Below, one piece after another: positions 58,880 to 64,000 of a stretch of DNA of 64,000 nt. Below the pieces are notes generated by a model. It worked only from the letters and a program-made list of their open reading frames with translations. It did not search any database and was not told the DNA's origin. Each line of letters begins with the position of its first letter. Position 1 is the first letter of the stretch. Position numbers and translations under genes: made by a program. This stretch comes from Actinomycetales bacterium (GTDB taxonomy: Bacteria > Actinomycetota > Actinomycetes > JAJZTN01), in contig JBQCDV010000091.1 of assembly GCA_051960855.1 (NCBI GenBank), positions 56,347 through 120,346 of the forward strand, written 5' to 3'.

Positions 58880-58982
58880 GTCGGAGCCGACAGTCGCCTC
58901 CTCCTTGGCCCACTTCGACTTCAGCCGCTCGCTGATCTCCTCCTCGGACCCGACGGTGGCGTCGTCGAACTCGTCGTCGATA

Positions 58983-59201
58983 TCACGCCGGCTTCAGGTA
59001 CACGAACGGCTCTTGGCGACGGGTGGCGAACCGGGCCAGCACCTCCTCCCGCAGCCACAGGTTTCGGGCGAACCCCTCGGCGGCGCCGGGGAAGTCGGCG
59101 GCGTAGGTGTGGTGGTGGGCGGTGTCGACGCTGACGAACAGCGCCGCGGCGACGTGCTCGATGGTCCAGATGGGGACCGAGAGGTCCAGGTGCGTGGGCA
59201 T
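58983..59201 (-). CDS. hypothetical small ORF upstream of the MNT/HepT pair
   Basis: 72-aa frame; no motif; may be non-coding. Confidence 0.2.
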   Translation of the reverse strand: MPTHLDLSVPIWTIEHVAAALFVSVDTAHHHTYAADFPGAAEGFARNLWLREEVLARFATRRQEPFVYLKPA

Positions 59202-59335
59202 GCACCTGGTGGTCCGCGGACGCCTCGAGGGCGCAATCGCCGCACGCACCGCGGCCCCCGCCAGGGGGATTCCGGGGGAAATCCTGGCGGGGGCCGGGGA
59301 TCTGCGCAGGTCACGGCCCGTGAGGGCCGGTCCTG

Positions 59336-60772
59336 TCAGATGTCGTAGTAGAGCTCGAACTCGTGGGGGTGGGGACGCAGCCGGATGGGGTCGACCTCGT
59401 GGGTGCGCTTCCAGTCCACCCACGTCTCGATGAGGTCGGGGGTGAAGACATTGCCCTCGAGCAGGTAGGCGTTGTCAGCCTCCAGGGCCTCCAGCACGGC
59501 GGGCAGGGAGCCCGGCACCTGCTGCACCTGGGCGTGCTCCTCGGGGGGCAGCTCGTAGAGGTCCTTGTCGACCGGCTCCGGCGGCTCGATCTTGTTGCGG
59601 ACGCCGTCGAGACCGGCCATGAGCATCGCGGAGAAGGCGAGGTAGGGGTTGCAGGACGGGTCGGGCACCCGGAACTCGATGCGCTTGGCCTTGGGGGAGG
59701 TGCCGGTGACCGGGATCCGGACGGCGGCCGAGCGGTTGCGCTGCGAGTAGACGAGGTTGACGGGAGCCTCGAAGCCCGGAACCAAGCGGTGGTAGCTGTT
59801 GACCGTCGGGTTGGTGAAGGCCAGCAGGCTGGGGGCGTGCTCGATGAGGCCGCCGATGTACCAGCGAGCGGTGTCGGACAGCCCGCCGTAGCCGCGCTCG
59901 TCGAAGAACAGCGGGTCGCCGTCCTTCCAGAGCGACTGGTGGGTGTGCATGCCCGAGCCGTTGTCACCGAAGATCGGCTTCGGCATGAAGGTGGCGCTGT
60001 GGCCGGCCGCCCACGCGACGTTCTTGATGATGTACTTGAACAGCATCATCTGGTCGCCGGAGTGCAGCAGCGTGTTGAAGCGGTAGTTGATCTCGGCCTG
60101 GCCGGCCGTGCCGACCTCGTGGTGCGAACGCTCGACGTTGAGACCGGCGGCCTGCAGGGTGAGGACCATCTGGTCGCGCAGGTCGGCGAAGTGGTCGACC
60201 GGGGCGACCGGGAAGTACCCGCCCTTGTACGGGGTCTTGTAGCCGCGGTTGGGGCTGCCGTCCGGCTCGGTCTCGCGGCCGGTGTTCCAGGCCGCCTCGC
60301 GGGAGTCGATGAAGTAGTAGCCGGCGTTCTGACGGGTCTCGAAGCGGACGCTGTCGAAGACGTAGAACTCGGCCTCGGCGCCGAAGTAGGCGGTGTCGGC
60401 GATGCCGGTGCCCGTGAGGTAGGCCTCGGCCTTGGCCGCGACGTTGCGCGGGTCGCGGCTGTAGGGCTCGTCGGTGAACGGGTCGACGATGGAGAAGTTC
60501 ATCGCGAGGGTCTTCTCGCGTCGGAACGGGTCGAGGAACGCGCTGGCGGGGTCCGGCACGAGCTTCATGTCCGACTCGTGGATCGCCTGGAACCCGCGGA
60601 TCGAGGAGCCGTCGAACATCAGGCCCTCGGCGAAGGTGTCGGCGTCGAAGTACTCCGCCGGGGCGTTGAAGTGCTGCATCACACCCGGCAGGTCACAGAA
60701 GCGGACGTCGACGAACTTCACGCCCTCGTCTCGGATGTAGCGCAGGGCTTCCTCTGCGTTGCTGAACATCAA
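59336..60772 (-). CDS. glnA: glutamine synthetase type I (GlnA1)
   Basis: 478 aa; GS-I motifs incl. adenylylation-site region NLYELPPEE. Confidence 0.95.
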   Translation of the reverse strand: MMFSNAEEALRYIRDEGVKFVDVRFCDLPGVMQHFNAPAEYFDADTFAEGLMFDGSSIRGFQAIHESDMKLVPDPASAFLDPFRREKTLAMNFSIVDPFTDEPYSRDPRNVAAKAEAYLTGTGIADTAYFGAEAEFYVFDSVRFETRQNAGYYFIDSREAAWNTGRETEPDGSPNRGYKTPYKGGYFPVAPVDHFADLRDQMVLTLQAAGLNVERSHHEVGTAGQAEINYRFNTLLHSGDQMMLFKYIIKNVAWAAGHSATFMPKPIFGDNGSGMHTHQSLWKDGDPLFFDERGYGGLSDTARWYIGGLIEHAPSLLAFTNPTVNSYHRLVPGFEAPVNLVYSQRNRSAAVRIPVTGTSPKAKRIEFRVPDPSCNPYLAFSAMLMAGLDGVRNKIEPPEPVDKDLYELPPEEHAQVQQVPGSLPAVLEALEADNAYLLEGNVFTPDLIETWVDWKRTHEVDPIRLRPHPHEFELYYDI

Positions 60773-60890
60773 CTCTCCTCGTGCTCGGTCGGCTCGTCAC
60801 GACCGTAGCCACCCGCGGTGTCCCCGCCGTGTCCCGGGTGTTTCGTCACTGTTACGGCTGCTGCCAGATCGGCTCAAGCGAGAGTGTGGC

Positions 60891-61316
60891 TCAGCGCAGC
60901 CGGACGACGACCGAGCCCGCGATGCGGTCGTGAAGGCCGCGGCCGTCGCGGTCGAAGATCAGCGGGGGCACGACCAGGCAGAGCAGCACCGTGCGCACCA
61001 GCAGTGGCACCAGCGGCAGCCGGCCACCCCCGACGCGCTCGACGCGCAGCCGCAGCAGCACCTGGCCGAAGCTGCCGCCGACGAGCAGCGTGAGCACGAC
61101 GATCTCGACGAAGAAGATCCCCAGGGTGACCGATCCGGGCGCGCCCCCCTGGCCGAGGTGGAAGAGCTCGCCGGAGATCAGGAGGCTGGCGAACCAGTCG
61201 ATCGCCAGGGCGCCCACCCTGACCCCCATACCGGCCACGGATCCGGGGCCGGTCTCTGGACGACCGAGCCGCGCGCCCCGGAAGCCAGGGTCTCCGGTCT
61301 CCGAGGTCGAGGTCAC
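60891..61316 (-). CDS. RDD-family membrane protein
   Basis: RxxAxxIDW RDD motif. Confidence 0.7.
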   Translation of the reverse strand: MTSTSETGDPGFRGARLGRPETGPGSVAGMGVRVGALAIDWFASLLISGELFHLGQGGAPGSVTLGIFFVEIVVLTLLVGGSFGQVLLRLRVERVGGGRLPLVPLLVRTVLLCLVVPPLIFDRDGRGLHDRIAGSVVVRLR

Positions 61317-61324
61317 GGAGTCGC

Positions 61325-62020
61325 TCAGCGCGTGCCGCGCGGCATCTTGGGCATGCGCGCGCCCTTGGGCAGCGGCCCGCGCGGCATCATCTGCTGCGCC
61401 GGGGTGCCCATGGCGCGCAGGCGCTTGTTGACCTCCGCGATGTCGGCCTTGGCCAGCGGGCCGCCCTTGAGCTTCATGACATGGCGGGTCAGCTTGCGCA
61501 GGGGCACCTGCCCCTCGCCGTTGCCCGCCTGCAGCTCGTGCACCGGGACGTCGGGAACGACGCGGGCGAGACGCTTGCGCTCGTTGGCGAGCAGCTGGGT
61601 GACCCGAGAGGGGGAGGAGCCCTCGCCAACGAGGACGACACCAGGGCGGCCCACCGCGCGGTGGACGAGGTCCTGCTGCCGGTTGACCGCGACCGCGGGC
61701 GTGACCGTCCAGCCGCGCCGCAGGGTCTGCAGTACGGCGGCCGCCGCGCCCGGCTGGCCCTCTACGGAGGAGTAGGCCGACCGCTCGGCACGCCGCCCGA
61801 AGACGATGGTCGTCAGCGCGATTGCGGCGAGCAGCCCCAGGACGCCGAGGTACCAGACGTGGCCGATGAGCAGCCCGATGAGGAGAAAGACGACGAGGGT
61901 GCCGAAGAAGACGCCGGCGAGGATGAGCCCGATCTGAGGGTCACCCTGCTTCGTCATCCGGTAGGCGGACCGGATCTGCGCGACGCGGCTCTGCTTGGGC
62001 GGGGTAGCTGCTGTGGCCAT
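61325..62020 (-). CDS. DUF4191-family membrane protein (Rv2219-like)
   Basis: Internal ATG chosen (MATAATPPKQ); 2 TM then conserved C-terminus. Confidence 0.7.
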   Translation of the reverse strand: MATAATPPKQSRVAQIRSAYRMTKQGDPQIGLILAGVFFGTLVVFLLIGLLIGHVWYLGVLGLLAAIALTTIVFGRRAERSAYSSVEGQPGAAAAVLQTLRRGWTVTPAVAVNRQQDLVHRAVGRPGVVLVGEGSSPSRVTQLLANERKRLARVVPDVPVHELQAGNGEGQVPLRKLTRHVMKLKGGPLAKADIAEVNKRLRAMGTPAQQMMPRGPLPKGARMPKMPRGTR

Positions 62021-62043
62021 GGTGGCGTCAGGATAGTCGGCGC

Positions 62044-63075
62044 CTAGCGCGCCAGCAGCCCCGCGACCTCCTGCCGTGCCGGCGCACCCTCGGCCAGGTG
62101 GGCCAGGGCCTCGGGCAGCTCCTGCCCGCGGCGACGCATGGCCTGTGCCCAGAGCCGCCCGGCTCGGTACGACGACCGCACGAGTGGTCCGCTCATCACG
62201 CCGAGGAAGCCGATGGCCTCGGCCTCGTCGCACAGTGAGACAAACTCCTCCGGGTGCACCCACCGCTCGACGGGGTGGTGACGCACGGAGGGGCGCAGGT
62301 ACTGCGTGATCGTGACCAGGTCGCAGCCGGCCTCGTGCAGATCGTGCAGGGCGGCGACGACCTCGTCGGTCGTCTCGCCCATGCCCAGGATCAGGTTGCT
62401 CTTGGTGACCATGCCGGCCTCGCGGGCCAGGCGGATGACGTCGAGCGACCGCTCGTAGCGGAAGCCGGGACGTATCCGCTTGAAGATGCGCGGCACCGTC
62501 TCGAGGTTGTGGGCGAAGACCTCCGGCGCGGCGTCGAAGACCTGCTGCAGCAGCTCGGCCCTGCCGCTGAAGTCCGGCACGAGGATCTCGACGCCCGTCC
62601 CAGGGTTGAGCGCGTGCACCTGGCGGATGGTCTCGCTGTAGAGCCAGGCGCCCTCGTCGTCGAGGTCGTCGCGCGTGACGCCGGTGATGGTGGCGTAGCG
62701 CAGGCCCATCGTCCGCACCGACTCCGCCACCCGACGCGGCTCGTCGCGGTCAAGCGGCTCGGGCTTGCCAGTGTGGATCTGGCAGAAGTCGCAGCGGCGG
62801 GTGCACTCGTCGCCGCCGATGAGGAAGGTGGCCTCGCGGTCTTCCCAGCACTCGTAGATGTTGGGGCAGCCGGCCTCCTGGCACACCGTGTGCAGACCCT
62901 CGCTCTGCACCAACCCGCGCAGCTCGCGGTACTCCGGACCCATCTTCGCCCGGGTGCGGATCCACTCCGGCTTCTTCTCGATCGGCGTCTCGGAGTTGCG
63001 GACCTCCAGACGCAGCAGGCGCCGCCCCTCGGGGGCGACGCGCGAGTCGGGGACCGAAGCCGTTGCATCTACCAC
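62044..63075 (-). CDS. lipA: lipoyl synthase
   Basis: CxxxCxxC radical-SAM and second Cys cluster. Confidence 0.95.
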   Translation of the reverse strand: MVDATASVPDSRVAPEGRRLLRLEVRNSETPIEKKPEWIRTRAKMGPEYRELRGLVQSEGLHTVCQEAGCPNIYECWEDREATFLIGGDECTRRCDFCQIHTGKPEPLDRDEPRRVAESVRTMGLRYATITGVTRDDLDDEGAWLYSETIRQVHALNPGTGVEILVPDFSGRAELLQQVFDAAPEVFAHNLETVPRIFKRIRPGFRYERSLDVIRLAREAGMVTKSNLILGMGETTDEVVAALHDLHEAGCDLVTITQYLRPSVRHHPVERWVHPEEFVSLCDEAEAIGFLGVMSGPLVRSSYRAGRLWAQAMRRRGQELPEALAHLAEGAPARQEVAGLLAR

Positions 63076-63100
63076 GACATCAGCGTACGTCGGGCCGGGC

Positions 63101-63760
63101 TCAACCCGGCAGCCCGACCTCCACCAGGCGCCGCCGCACGAGAGGGAGCGCCTCGGTCACGGTGACGTCGCGGCCTAGCTCGGCGGACAGTGAGGTGACA
63201 CCGGCGTCGGCGATCCCGCAGGGCACGATCCGGCCGAAGGCGCCGAGGTCGCAGTCGCAGTTGAGCGCGAAGCCGTGCATCGTCACGCCCTGCGAGACGC
63301 GGATGCCGATGGCTGCGATCTTGCGTTCGGGGCGTCCGGTGACCGGGTCGGCGCCCAGCCAGACGCCGCTGCGGCCCTCGACCCGGCCGGCGGCGACCCC
63401 CAGGTCGGCGCACACGCGGATCAGCGCCTCCTCGACCCGGCGTACGTAGGCGACGACGTCGATGGGCTCGGCGAGCTTCACGATCGGGTAGCCCACCAGC
63501 TGGCCCGGCCCGTGCCACGTGATCTTGCCGCCGCGGTCGACGTCGACCACCGGTGTCCCGTCGAAGGGCCGCTCGTGCGGCTCGGTGCGCTTGCCTGCCG
63601 TGTAGACGGCCGGATGTTCCAGCAGGAGACAGGTGTCGGGTTGCTCGCCGGTCACGACCGCGCCGTGCACCTCGCGCTGGCGGTCCCAGGCGTCGCGGTA
63701 GTCCACGACTCCGGCCTCGACGAACACGAGCTGGCGGGTCTGCTCAGGAGCAACGGTCAC
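63101..63760 (-). CDS. lipB: lipoyl(octanoyl) transferase
   Basis: LipB motifs ([17 protein letters not shown]). Confidence 0.9.
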   Translation of the reverse strand: MTVAPEQTRQLVFVEAGVVDYRDAWDRQREVHGAVVTGEQPDTCLLLEHPAVYTAGKRTEPHERPFDGTPVVDVDRGGKITWHGPGQLVGYPIVKLAEPIDVVAYVRRVEEALIRVCADLGVAAGRVEGRSGVWLGADPVTGRPERKIAAIGIRVSQGVTMHGFALNCDCDLGAFGRIVPCGIADAGVTSLSAELGRDVTVTEALPLVRRRLVEVGLPG

Positions 63761-63781
63761 GCCCCCACGATACGAGCGCCC

Positions 63782-64000
63782 TCAGGAGGCGTCACTCCCA
63801 GCGTGCCGCCGACAGCCGCTGGACGAGACCGGTGAGCAGCGGCCGCAGTGTCTCTCGCTCCTCCGGGGAGAACAGCCGCTCGGCGGCGTCCTCATCGACA
63901 GCCTCGGCCAGGGCGCGCTCCCCGTCACGGGTGCGGCTCACCACGAAGCGCCGCCGGTCGTCAGGGTCGCGGTGACGCTCGACGAGGCCGCTGCGCTCGA
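63782..64000 (-). CDS. MarR-family transcriptional regulator, 5'-truncated by the window edge
   Basis: …GLVERHRDPDDRRRFVVSRTRDGERAL winged-helix wing. Confidence 0.7.

Overview
This is a high-GC (about 70%) actinobacterial chromosomal segment. Its backbone is syntenic, from memory, with the Mycobacterium tuberculosis Rv2217-Rv2247 region. In order, the backbone carries:
- a topoisomerase IB, then furA-katA and oxidoreductases;
- a FAS-II operon (mabR/fasR-like PucR regulator, fabD, fabH, acpP, kasA/fabF, accD6-like, DUF3145);
- aceE, yjbQ, a His-rich CDF transporter, DUF3052, an MDMPI-like protein and ahpE;
- tRNA-Val, lutABC, a CobC-like aminotransferase, Nif3, a DUF164 zinc-ribbon protein and an RNase H fusion;
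- an ArsB-like permease coupled to yaaA, an RNB ribonuclease and the RNase P RNA (rnpB);
- an N-acetylglucosamine cluster (osmC, nagB, ROK kinase, GH3 hexosaminidase, ROK repressor, NgcEFG-like ABC uptake);
- MFS and SatP transporters, methionine aminopeptidase and a DUF559 protein;
- npdG, a Doc/RHH toxin-antitoxin pair, and the glnA2, GATase1, glnE ... glnA1 nitrogen cluster;
- an RDD protein, DUF4191, lipA, lipB and a partial marR.

No CRISPR array or intact mobile element was seen. I found no self-evidently novel multi-gene system; the most interesting items are:
- a FabD fused to a lysine-less biotinyl-like domain;
- an RNase H fused to a MazG-like domain instead of the mycobacterial CobC domain;
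- a Fur regulator with an N-terminal tandem DLRAA repeat, ATGA-coupled to a monofunctional catalase;
- paired inverted operator-like motifs in the nag divergent promoter;
- a roughly 5.8 kb accessory islet splitting glnE from glnA1, which contains a frameshifted HepT/MNT toxin-antitoxin module and a gene remnant;
- several coding and intergenic tandem repeats.

All functional calls come from reading motifs and remembered family signatures; no database search was run. Many of the long ORFs in the track are GC-rich antisense artifacts and were trimmed or rejected.
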